From NCBI GenBank assembly GCA_963812155.1, contig CAWETW010000003.1, forward strand, positions 1,120,001 through 1,184,000: 64,000 nucleotides of DNA. Direction: 5' to 3'. The DNA is from Vulcanimicrobiota bacterium. GTDB lineage: Bacteria > Vulcanimicrobiota > Vulcanimicrobiia > Vulcanimicrobiales > Vulcanimicrobiaceae. The position numbers and the translations under genes are program-made. The notes below the pieces were generated by a model that made no database searches, was not told the DNA's origin, and saw nothing but the letters and a program-made list of their open reading frames with translations. How positions within the stretch are numbered: position 1 is the first letter of the stretch; the number at the start of each line of letters is the position of its first letter. Positions 29,695 through 38,732 of the stretch are shown here, one piece after another.

Positions 29695-30105
29695 ATGCTC
29701 GCCGCCTTGCTGATCGGGCTGGTTGTCGGCCTCCGAACCTTTACCGCGCCGGCGGTACTGTTGTGGCTGCGCGATCGCGGCGGCGCGTGGGCGATTCTGG
29801 CTTCAATCGGCGCGGTTATCGAGTACTACGGAGACGTCCATCCGAAGGCGCCGCCGCGGACGGCTGCGAGCGGCATGGTGGCGCGCATTCTCGCAGGTGC
29901 ATTCTGCGGATGGCAGATCTCTTTGATGCACGGTGGTTCGGCGACCGGCGGAGCGATGTTGGGCGTGGTGGGCGCCGTGGCGGGAGCGTACGGCAGCCTC
30001 GCGTTGCGGAAGAAGGCCATCGAGGCGATCGGCGTGGTGCCTTCGGGATTGCTCGAAGACGCGATAGCGATCGCGTTATCGTTCGTGATTATCGTTAAGG
30101 CGTAA
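29695..30105 (+). CDS. Membrane protein, DUF4126-like
   Basis: GLRTFTAPA, E..GD.HP..P.R and LLEDAIA motifs. Confidence 0.7.
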   Translation: MLAALLIGLVVGLRTFTAPAVLLWLRDRGGAWAILASIGAVIEYYGDVHPKAPPRTAASGMVARILAGAFCGWQISLMHGGSATGGAMLGVVGAVAGAYGSLALRKKAIEAIGVVPSGLLEDAIAIALSFVIIVKA

Positions 30106-30112
30106 ACGCAAC

Positions 30113-30140
30113 AGGACCCCGGCTTTGTAGCCGAGGTCCT
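30113..30140. terminator. Intrinsic terminator hairpin between convergent genes
   Basis: AGGACCCCGGC-loop-GCCGAGGTCCT. Confidence 0.7.
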
Positions 30141-30158
30141 CGCGTTGGTTTTGCCGGT

Positions 30159-30773
30159 TTACGGTTTCGTGAGTTCGAACCAAACGTTGTTACCAACGGG
30201 AACGGTACCGAGTAAAGGTAGCGGCGACCACGGACTCGTGCTAAAGAACAGCGTGCCGCCGCCCGTCGGCGATCCGAGGTTGATCGGAAAACCGGCTATT
30301 AGCGTGAAGCTGTTATCGTAGGCGTAGAACTTGTAAGTGTTGCCGATCGGAACGCCGGTGAATCTGGACCGGTTCGAGTTCGGCGGTACGACCGGCGCGG
30401 TGAAGCTGGCCGGCGCGGGATCTTGCGGAAGCACGTGCAGTTGGATAAAAAGCACTGGCGTTTCGCCGGTCGGCACCGGAACGCCGCCGGGATTGCTGGT
30501 AAAGCCCTGCGTCGTAAATTTCAAGCCACCCGTGGTTCCGGGACCGTAGTACAAACGACCGATGAATCCGCCGCAAGTCGTGACTTTGAGAAAACTGGTA
30601 ACGGCGCTACGTGTGAAAACATCCTTGATATTGCAGTTATCCGGATGAGCCCGAACGTTCGGTGCGGAGACCAGCGCCTGGGCGCCCGACGGCAGCGAAC
30701 TCTGATTGAGTGCCTGGCCGCAGCCCGCAACGAGCGGCACTGCCAATGCTAGCGCAATGGGAAGAACCTTCAT
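30159..30773 (-). CDS. Hypothetical lipoprotein, tandem copy A (204 aa)
   Basis: AGGAGG RBS, lipobox VAGC; collinear with copy B. Confidence 0.85.
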   Translation of the reverse strand: MKVLPIALALAVPLVAGCGQALNQSSLPSGAQALVSAPNVRAHPDNCNIKDVFTRSAVTSFLKVTTCGGFIGRLYYGPGTTGGLKFTTQGFTSNPGGVPVPTGETPVLFIQLHVLPQDPAPASFTAPVVPPNSNRSRFTGVPIGNTYKFYAYDNSFTLIAGFPINLGSPTGGGTLFFSTSPWSPLPLLGTVPVGNNVWFELTKP

Positions 30774-30873
30774 GCTCCAAAACCTCCTAGAATCCGGCCG
30801 CAACGGCGGCCCGATATAGAGGCACGTTTCGGCTTGCGATGTGATGACCTGCTCTGCGTGGAGGTTTATGTGA

Positions 30874-30903
30874 CAGGACCCCGGCTTTGTAGCCGAGGTC
30901 CTG
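30874..30903 (-). terminator. Terminator hairpin with the same sequence as 30113-30140
   Basis: CAGGACCCCGGCTTTGTAGCCGAGGTCCTG. Confidence 0.7.
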
Positions 30904-30921
30904 CGCATTCGTTTGTTGGTT

Positions 30922-31536
30922 TTACGGTTTCGTGAGTTCGAACCAAACGCTGGCACCAACGGGAACGCTACCAAGTAAAGGCAGCGGCGACCACGGATTC
31001 ACGGTGAAGAACAGCGTACCGCCGGCCGTCGGCGATCCGAGGTTGATCGGAAAACCGGCTATTAGCGTGAAGCTGTTGTCGTAGGCGTAGAATTTGTAGG
31101 TGTTCCCGGTCGGAACACCGGTGATTCTTGACCGGTTCGAGTTCGGTGGCACGACCGGCGCGGCAAAGCTGGCCGGTGCAGGATCTTGCGGAAGCACGTG
31201 CATTTGGATGAACAGCACCGGCGTTTCGCCGGCCGGCACGGGAACGGAACCGGGATTGCTGGTGAAACCCTGCGTTTGAATTTTCAAACCGCCCACGGAT
31301 CCGGGACCGTAGTACAAACGACCGACCATTCCGCCGCAAGTTGTGACTTTAAGGAAAGTCGTGGCGGCGCTACGCGTGCCATTATCGTGGACATTGCAGT
31401 TATCCGGATGGGCCCGAACGCTCGGCGCGGAGCCCAGCGATTGCGCGCCGGACGGCAGCGAACTCTGGTTGAGCGCTTGGCCGCAGCCGGCAACGACCGG
31501 CAACGCAAACGCAAGCGCAATGGGAAGAACCTTCAT
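30922..31536 (-). CDS. Hypothetical lipoprotein, tandem copy B (204 aa)
   Basis: AGGAGG RBS, lipobox VAGC; ends WFELTKP like copy A. Confidence 0.85.
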   Translation of the reverse strand: MKVLPIALAFALPVVAGCGQALNQSSLPSGAQSLGSAPSVRAHPDNCNVHDNGTRSAATTFLKVTTCGGMVGRLYYGPGSVGGLKIQTQGFTSNPGSVPVPAGETPVLFIQMHVLPQDPAPASFAAPVVPPNSNRSRITGVPTGNTYKFYAYDNSFTLIAGFPINLGSPTAGGTLFFTVNPWSPLPLLGSVPVGASVWFELTKP

Positions 31537-31793
31537 GCTCCAAACCCTCCTAATTCGAAGTAGCTCCGGCCGCAACGGGCGGCTCGGATTTGAACCACGT
31601 TTCGGTTTGCGGTGCGATGACCTGCCTCGAATGGAGACAAGCCATCGAGGCCGAACCGATTCTCATAAGTGAAGACGCATTTGACGCTCTATTTCGCCAC
31701 CGTCATCGCGCGGCGACAGCAAAGGCTGCCATAACGGCTGCGGAGTTCTCTACAAACTGACGCAGTGAGTGCGCACGGCAGCTAGCGATAGCG

Positions 31794-32734
31794 TTAGGCG
31801 ATCGTGAGGACGATTTTCCCGCTGACTGAGCCCTTCGCACTTTCTTGAAGGGCGCGCTCGGCGTCGCTGAGGCCCATCTCCTGCGCGATGGCGACGCGCA
31901 GCCGTCCTTCTTCGAGCATGCGCGCCAGCGAGCGCAAACCGTGGTGCGACGATTGCGGCGTGTCAATGAGGACGATGTTGGTTGCCTCGAATCCGTGCTC
32001 TTGGAACCACTTCGTGTCGAGTGCGCCGATGGTTGAGGCGATTTTGCCTCCGGCGCGCAGGATGACCGCGTTGGCCTGAACCTTCGTGGCATCGCTCACG
32101 AGATCGAGCACGGCGTCCACGCCTTGGGGATGCGCCGCCTTCACCGCAGCCGTGACGTCACCGCGATCGTAAGCGACGAACTCGTCGACGCCCAGCGAAT
32201 GCGCGAAGGCTTCGTTGCGTGAATGCGCCGTACCGATGACGCGAGCACCGCGATCGTGGGCGATTTGCGCGGCGAATCCGCCGACGCCGCCGGTCGCACC
32301 GGCGATGAAGAGCGTCGTACCGTTCGTGACACCGAGGATTTCGATACCGGCGAGGGCCGTGAGGCCCGCGGTCGGCAGTGAGGCTGCGTCGGCGTCCCCG
32401 ACGTCGTCGGGGATCTTGGCAACCGGTTGCGGATGGTCGTCTTCGGGGACGACGGTGTATTGCGCGTACGATCCGTGGTCACGCGCGACACCGAAGACAC
32501 GCTCGCCGTGCGATACGAGCGCACGTCTCTTCCCACGTCGCTGACGACGCCGGCAAAGTCTTGTCCGAGGACGAAAGGGGTCGCGCGCTGGCCGCGCTCG
32601 CGGATCTTCCAATCTATGGGATTGACGCTCGCGGCAGTGACGCGCACGAGTAGTTCGTTGGGGCGCGGCTGCGGCTGCGGCATCTCGACGATCGAGGCCG
32701 GCGCGCCACGGTGCTCGACGACGGCAGCTTTCAT
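31794..32734 (-). CDS. NADP-dependent oxidoreductase (MDR family); frameshift at about 32508
   Basis: ASVNPIDWK and GQDFAG in one frame; GATGGVG and GKIVL in the other. Confidence 0.85.
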
Positions 32735-32790
32735 TTCCTCATGATTCCCCACTGCGGGCAGATTGCTCGAGACCACCCGCTCAATGAAGC

Positions 32791-32819
32791 TTGACATGCG
32801 AACATATGTTCGCTATTTT
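32791..32819 (+). promoter_or_regulatory. Sigma70-type promoter with LexA (SOS) box in the spacer
   Basis: TTGACA-17 nt-TATTTT; palindrome GCGAACATATGTTCGC at 32798-32813. Confidence 0.85.
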
Positions 32820-32855
32820 TAATGCCCTACCTTTGGCCTTGGGGCCGGCATCGAG

Positions 32856-35800
32856 ATGTACGCGGAGCTGCATTCCTGGTCGAATTTCACGTTTTTAGAG
32901 GCTGGATCGCACCCTGAGGAGCTGGTCGACCGGGCGGCCGGCCTTGGGCTGGCCGGGCTCGCACTGACCGACCGGGACGGGCTCTATGGTGCCGTCCGGT
33001 TCGCGGGGCGGGCGCGGGAACGGGGGATTGCCGGGATCGTCGGCAGCGAGTTGACGTTCGGCGGCGAGGACGACCGGTATGCGGGATCGCGCATCGTGCT
33101 GCTGGTCGAAAACGCGCGGGGGTATGCCAATCTCTGCGAACTGATTTCGCGCGCGCAACTGCGCGGCAGCAAGGGCGACGCGCGGTTGCAGATGGGCGAT
33201 TTCGACGGCCGAAGCGACGGATTGACGGCGCTCTCGGGCGGCGAGTGCGGGCGCGTCGAACGCGCCTTGCGCGACGGTTCTGAGACGGCTTCCTCCGAGA
33301 TTCGCCGGCTTCGCGAGATCTTCGGCGAGCGGTTCCATCTCGAACTGCAGCAGCATCTCACCGAAGAAGAAACCCGGCGCAACGCGCAGCTGACGGCACT
33401 CGGGCGCACGCTGCACGTGCCGTGCGTGGCGACCAACGCGGTTGCGTATGCGTTGAAGGAGCACGCGCCGATTGCCGACGTGCTGCGCTGCGTCAAACTT
33501 GGCACCACGCTCGAACGAGCGCGTGCGGAGAACGTGTTGCGCCCCAATGCGGAGTTTTACGTGAAATCCGCCGACGCGATGCGGCGGCTGTTTGCACCGT
33601 ATCCGGAGGCGGTCGCGCGCACGGTGGAGATTGCCAACCGCTGCCGCTTTCGGCTCGAGCGGCTGACGGGGCAGTTTCCGCTCTTTCCGGTGGAAGAAGG
33701 GAAGACGCGGCAGTCGTATTTACGCGAATTGGTATATCGCGGGGCGGCGACGCGATATGGGGCGCCGCTGCATTCCGACGTCGAACGTCAACTCGAGTAC
33801 GAGCTCGGAATCATCGCGCGCATGGACCTGGCCGGCTATTTCCTGATCGTGTGGGACATCGTGCAGGAAGCGATGCGCCTGGGCGTGCTCTGTCAGGGAC
33901 GCGGTTCGGCGGCGAATTCGGCGGTCTGTTACGCGTTGGGAATTACGGCCGTAGATCCGATCGGGATGAAGCTATTGTTCGAGCGTTTCATGTCTGAGGA
34001 GCGGCGCGAGATTCCCGACATCGACATCGATTTCGCGCATCAGGATCGCGAGAAGGTGATTCAATACGTATACGAGCGCTACGGACGTTCGAATGCGGCG
34101 ATGACGGCCGAAGTGATTGCGTATCACGAGCGCTCCGCGTTGCGGGACGTTGCGAAGACGTTTGGTTACACGGTGGAAGAAGTCGACGCACTCGCGAAGG
34201 AACTGTCGGCGAGCGAATCGCTCGACGCTGCCGTTGCGGGGCGCTGCGCTCAGGATGACACGGTGAGGCACGACATCCCTGAGATTTGCAGGCGGGTCGA
34301 GAATTTTCCGAGGCACATGGGAATCCATTCGGGCGGCATGGTGCTGACGCGCGATCCGCTGGTGCGAGTGGCGCCGGTGGAGTGGGCGACGATGCGCGAT
34401 CGCACGATCATCCAGTGGGATAAGGACGATCTTCAGGAGCTGGGGCTCATCAAAATCGATTTGCTCGGTTTAGGGATGCTGTCGCTGCTTCGCGAAGCCT
34501 TCTCGCTGCATCGGCGATGCTACGGCAGCGACCTGACGCTGCATGCGATTCCGGCCGGTGACAAACCGACGTACGAGATGATTTCGCGCGCCGACACGGT
34601 CGGCGTCTTTCAAATCGAATCGCGCGCGCAGCAGTCGATGCTGCCGCGGATGAAGCCGGCGTGTTTTTACGACATCGTCATGCAGGTGGCGATCATTCGT
34701 CCGGGGCCGATTCAAGGACAGATGGTGCATCCGTTCCTGCGGCGGCGCGCGGGATTGGAGCAGGTCAGCTATCCGCATCCGAAGCTCAAGCCGGTGCTCG
34801 AGCGGACGATGGGCGTGCCGCTCTTTCAAGAGCAGGGCATGCGGATGGCGATCGAGGCGGCCGGCTTCACGCCGGGTGAGGCCGACCAACTGCGGCGTGC
34901 GATGGGCCATAAACGCTCGCGCGCGCGCATGCTCGAAATCTATCCGCGCCTGATCGACGGCATGGTGGCCAACGGCATCGAGCGCGTCGCGGCCGAGCAG
35001 TTGTTTCACATGCTCGAAGGTTTTGCCGATTACGGATTTCCGGAATCGCACGCCGCGAGTTTCGCGCTGCTGGCATACGCGTCGGCGTACGTCAAATGCC
35101 GCTTTCCGGCGATCTTCGCCGCCGCGATTCTCAACGTGCAGCCGATGGGTTTTTACTCGACCGAAGTGCTGGTGAACGACGCCCGGCGGCACGGCGTGGT
35201 CGTAAAGCCGGTGGAGGTGAACGCAAGCGAGTATTGGTCGCACGTCGACGAAGGCGGAGCGTTGCGCTTGGGATTCCACGTGATTCGCGGTTTGGGCGAA
35301 GTGCAGCGCAAGCGTTTGGAGGCCGCGCTGGGCGGCGTCGGACGGTTGAAGCACGTGTTCCGGGATTTACTCGATTTCGCGCAACGCACGCGGTTGGAGA
35401 AGGAGGCGATGGAGAATCTCGCGGTTGCCGGCGCTTTTGCGCCGTGGTGCGGGTCGCGACGCGAAGCGATGTGGGCGTTGCGGGCACTCGACGAACGCGA
35501 GACGCGCGGCGAACTCGGGCGCTTGATGGACGTCGAGGAGCCGGCTGCGACGTTTTCACCGTTGAGTCCGCGCGAGGAAACGGGCTTCGATCTGTGGTCG
35601 ACCGGCGTGGCACCGCGCGGCCAAATGATGATGCACTTCCGCTCGCAGCTCGATGCACTGCGGGTAATTCCGGCGGCGCAGTTGGCCGAGATGCCGAACA
35701 ATCTCGTGTGCCGCGTCGGCGGCTTGGTGATTACGCGGCAGAAGCCGGGGACGGCCAAGGGCTTCGTCTTCTTAACGCTGGAGGACGAAACCGGGCTGGT

Positions 35801-35984
35801 GAACGTCATCGTACGCCCCGACGTCTACGAGCGCTATCGTCGGACGATTCGCAGCGCCGCGATGCTGGTCATCGACGGGAAGCTGCAAAAGGAAGCCGGC
35901 TGCATCGACGTCATCGCGCGACATTTCGATGCGTTTGAGGACCACGGCATCGCGGGCGGCGTCCGCGCCCATAACTTTCATTAA
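32856..35984 (+). CDS. dnaE2: Error-prone DNA polymerase DnaE2 (ImuC)
   Basis: PHP domain YAELH, QGRGSAANS, PDIDID, YGFPESHA, OB-fold PGTAKG; C-terminal RAHNFH resembles the DnaE2 SRDFH tail. Confidence 0.95.
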   Translation: MYAELHSWSNFTFLEAGSHPEELVDRAAGLGLAGLALTDRDGLYGAVRFAGRARERGIAGIVGSELTFGGEDDRYAGSRIVLLVENARGYANLCELISRAQLRGSKGDARLQMGDFDGRSDGLTALSGGECGRVERALRDGSETASSEIRRLREIFGERFHLELQQHLTEEETRRNAQLTALGRTLHVPCVATNAVAYALKEHAPIADVLRCVKLGTTLERARAENVLRPNAEFYVKSADAMRRLFAPYPEAVARTVEIANRCRFRLERLTGQFPLFPVEEGKTRQSYLRELVYRGAATRYGAPLHSDVERQLEYELGIIARMDLAGYFLIVWDIVQEAMRLGVLCQGRGSAANSAVCYALGITAVDPIGMKLLFERFMSEERREIPDIDIDFAHQDREKVIQYVYERYGRSNAAMTAEVIAYHERSALRDVAKTFGYTVEEVDALAKELSASESLDAAVAGRCAQDDTVRHDIPEICRRVENFPRHMGIHSGGMVLTRDPLVRVAPVEWATMRDRTIIQWDKDDLQELGLIKIDLLGLGMLSLLREAFSLHRRCYGSDLTLHAIPAGDKPTYEMISRADTVGVFQIESRAQQSMLPRMKPACFYDIVMQVAIIRPGPIQGQMVHPFLRRRAGLEQVSYPHPKLKPVLERTMGVPLFQEQGMRMAIEAAGFTPGEADQLRRAMGHKRSRARMLEIYPRLIDGMVANGIERVAAEQLFHMLEGFADYGFPESHAASFALLAYASAYVKCRFPAIFAAAILNVQPMGFYSTEVLVNDARRHGVVVKPVEVNASEYWSHVDEGGALRLGFHVIRGLGEVQRKRLEAALGGVGRLKHVFRDLLDFAQRTRLEKEAMENLAVAGAFAPWCGSRREAMWALRALDERETRGELGRLMDVEEPAATFSPLSPREETGFDLWSTGVAPRGQMMMHFRSQLDALRVIPAAQLAEMPNNLVCRVGGLVITRQKPGTAKGFVFLTLEDETGLVNVIVRPDVYERYRRTIRSAAMLVIDGKLQKEAGCIDVIARHFDAFEDHGIAGGVRAHNFH

Positions 35985-35994
35985 ATGCCGGACG

Positions 35995-37395
35995 TTAGAT
36001 CCTCGCCACCACCGGAGGATTCCAACTGCCGTCAAGAGCTGTGGCGCCGGGGGCGTAGAGCCGCATCGTTAGGTTGAACGCGCCGCCGGGCGCTGGAAGC
36101 CAGTTCGTTTCCATTCCAGCCCCCGGAGTGTCGTGCTGGAAATAGAGATCGAGCGAACCGTCGTCGTTAGTCTTTAGCGGCATCCAACTGCTGATTGCAA
36201 AACGGTTGAGTGCGTTTGCGACTTGGAATCCGTCGGCATCGTAGAGCGTGATCGACCAGAATGCTTGAGCCGGCGGCAGCGCGCCTTTCGCAAAGTGAAT
36301 CTTGTAGCGGTTGGTTCCGTCAAGCGGCTTGCCGGTGTTGTCGGCAAGATTGATCGGATAAATGGCATCCTCGGGGAGATTCGCTCCTAATCCCACTTGC
36401 GCGACGAGCGCGCGTTTCAGGTAGAAGTTGCCGTAGACTCCCATCGTATTGACGTTCATCTGCCAGCCGTTGAAGACCGGCGCCATCTTCGGGAGATAGG
36501 TCTGCATGAGCTTCTGGGCATCCGCGGGAGCTTGCATGAAGGCTTGTTTGACGCTCGGGTCGAGCGCGTTGAAATTGAGGCTGTGACCGGCCACGAACCC
36601 GAGACGATTGAGTTGCGCGACGATCGGCTCGTCGGTGACGTGCGGCGGCTGTCGTTTCAGTAGTTCCGCGGCATACGTAAAGTACTTGTCGCCGGACATC
36701 GTGTCGACTTGCTGCTTGGGCGGCCTCGTCATATCGACGTTCGGATCGACCGTAACGCTGACGGGCGCCGGCGCTTTTCCCCAAGCCGCCAGCGGTGTCA
36801 TTTTATAGCCTGCCTGAATGGCGCGCACGGCATTGTAATCGGCGGGGCCGTCGGTCTTGGTCCGGCCGATGATCCACACGTACGGCGTCGGCGCATTGAT
36901 GAGCGTTACGCCGTCGGGCAACGCGCCGCTCCAGCCCGGTGGCGTTACGGCAAAGTTTCCCGCCTGCGTTCCCGTCGTACGCCAGCCGGGCGATGCGAAG
37001 ACGTCGGACCACATATCGAGCATAGGGAACAGGTAGTAACGTCCGTTCGTATCCGGAACGGAAACGATGACCGGACCGCCAATCAGGTCGAGCCATCCTG
37101 ACGAATACAGCGTATCGAAATTGGGCCGCACGACGGTTTTGAAGTTTGCCGGCGGGTACTCCGGGATGTTGGCAAACGTATTCATCGGGCCTTTGCCGAT
37201 CTCTTTACCTGCGGCCACGTTCGTCGACTGCAGCCGCGTGAGGTCCATCGTGATGAGCGGATAAAAGTACAGGTACGCATTGACCGCGACGTCGTGCGCG
37301 TCTTGCGCCGGCACCTGGGCAGCTTGAGCGCTCGCGACCGGATCCGTAGCGAAGGACGCGGCAAATAGCGTGAGGTCGATAGCTAATCTACGCAT
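35995..37395 (-). CDS. DUF1254/DUF1214 domain secreted protein
   Basis: VRPNFDTLYS, FWSITLYD, NWLPAP and LTMRLY motifs. Confidence 0.9.
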   Translation of the reverse strand: MRRLAIDLTLFAASFATDPVASAQAAQVPAQDAHDVAVNAYLYFYPLITMDLTRLQSTNVAAGKEIGKGPMNTFANIPEYPPANFKTVVRPNFDTLYSSGWLDLIGGPVIVSVPDTNGRYYLFPMLDMWSDVFASPGWRTTGTQAGNFAVTPPGWSGALPDGVTLINAPTPYVWIIGRTKTDGPADYNAVRAIQAGYKMTPLAAWGKAPAPVSVTVDPNVDMTRPPKQQVDTMSGDKYFTYAAELLKRQPPHVTDEPIVAQLNRLGFVAGHSLNFNALDPSVKQAFMQAPADAQKLMQTYLPKMAPVFNGWQMNVNTMGVYGNFYLKRALVAQVGLGANLPEDAIYPINLADNTGKPLDGTNRYKIHFAKGALPPAQAFWSITLYDADGFQVANALNRFAISSWMPLKTNDDGSLDLYFQHDTPGAGMETNWLPAPGGAFNLTMRLYAPGATALDGSWNPPVVARI

Positions 37396-37595
37396 ATCCT
37401 ACGCTTATTGGCGTACGCTTCACTGCGGTCCTATATTATCGCTGGACCCGACGGAAGAAATGCGTAAAGAGCGTAGGTAACGTAAATAACGAGTCGATTT
37501 GATGTCCCGGTTCAATCGAGATTTCCATGGTTGCGTGGAAAAAGGTGCTCGCCGGAGGCGACGCAATCACCGCTGAAGGCAGAAAGGAGGCAAAG

Positions 37596-37970
37596 GTGCG
37601 ACCCACATTAGCCATCATCGCGTCGGCGGTTTGGGGCGCATTGCTGGTTCCGGGACTGTTGGGCGCGGCGCTCTCTCCGATGTTCTTCGACGCGCCGGGA
37701 TCGATGAACAATCCGATCGCGTGGCTCAATGCGGCCATTATCGTCTCGTTCCCGTTGCTCTGTTGCGTCGCAATCGCCGGTTCGTGGATCGTGTGGGCCG
37801 CGCGCCGCAATCGGGAGCCTTCCAAGGCTTCGACCGCGGCAACGATCGCGGTCGCAGCGCTGCCGCTGCTGCCTATCGGGTACGTCACAATCGCGCTCGC
37901 CATCGAAACGATCGGCGTGATGGCGAGCGGTCAGCCGATGGGGCTGCATAGCACCATTATCAGCCATTGA
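37596..37970 (+). CDS. Hypothetical membrane protein
   Basis: AAGGAGG + GTG start; 3 TM segments; SPMFFDAPGS motif. Confidence 0.7.
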   Translation: MRPTLAIIASAVWGALLVPGLLGAALSPMFFDAPGSMNNPIAWLNAAIIVSFPLLCCVAIAGSWIVWAARRNREPSKASTAATIAVAALPLLPIGYVTIALAIETIGVMASGQPMGLHSTIISH

Positions 37971-38049
37971 TGGGCTCGCTACGCGCTTCGACGTCCGTCC
38001 CCATACCGAGCCACGCCATTATTTTGCCGGTTTTCGGGTAAGAAGGGGC

Positions 38050-38664
38050 ATGATTGAAAGCAGCTTTAGACGCCGAGCCGGCGGTGGCTCCGCCACCGCA
38101 GTTGCTGTAGCCCTACAAATCTGTGTCGCCGGTTTGATATCGATCGCCGGGTGTACCCACCATAAAGACGCCATCCAAGAACTCGATTCTGCAGTAGCGC
38201 CGTTCACGCAGTCGAGGGACGAAGCGATTCAGCTCGTCGGCGCTGCGAAACATTCTTTGGGGGCAGCCGATCTGAATACGCTCGCGGTCGACTATTCGGC
38301 ACTCGAGGATAAGGGAAACGCGTACGCGGGATTCTTGTCGGAATCTCTTAGCATCGAATCGTTTGATGCGGATAGAAATGCCAAATATGCCGCGGGGCTC
38401 ACTCAGGCAATCAAGAGCTTCAACAAGTCGTTTGCGACGGTTCGCCCCGCAAAACAAAGCACAGCGATCGTACAAGCCGCTTGGATACCCGCGTTTTCCG
38501 ATTCCATAGCAGCATACTGGAAGCAGTACCAGGCCGGTGCGGGGCAACTATCGCCGCAAACCAAAGCAGACTTACTGAAAGAACTGAAGGCGAAGACGGT
38601 GTGGCCGAACTATGAGAATATTGCGACGGAGGCCCTTTCGACGCCCCCGACGCACGCGCCTTAA
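38050..38664 (+). CDS. Hypothetical lipoprotein
   Basis: Lipobox IAGC; helical; start uncertain. Confidence 0.65.
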   Translation: MIESSFRRRAGGGSATAVAVALQICVAGLISIAGCTHHKDAIQELDSAVAPFTQSRDEAIQLVGAAKHSLGAADLNTLAVDYSALEDKGNAYAGFLSESLSIESFDADRNAKYAAGLTQAIKSFNKSFATVRPAKQSTAIVQAAWIPAFSDSIAAYWKQYQAGAGQLSPQTKADLLKELKAKTVWPNYENIATEALSTPPTHAP

Positions 38665-38732
38665 CGCGCCGTTTGCCGAGGAGATCGCGTACTCCGAAGG
38701 GGATTTAAGCGATCGGCGCGGATTGTTAGCGC

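Noticed and set aside
30790..30852. Conserved leader of the tandem genes as a c-di-GMP-I riboswitch
   Set aside because: Superficial GCAAACC/GAAA similarity only; the GACGCAAAG core and P2/P3 pairing are missing.
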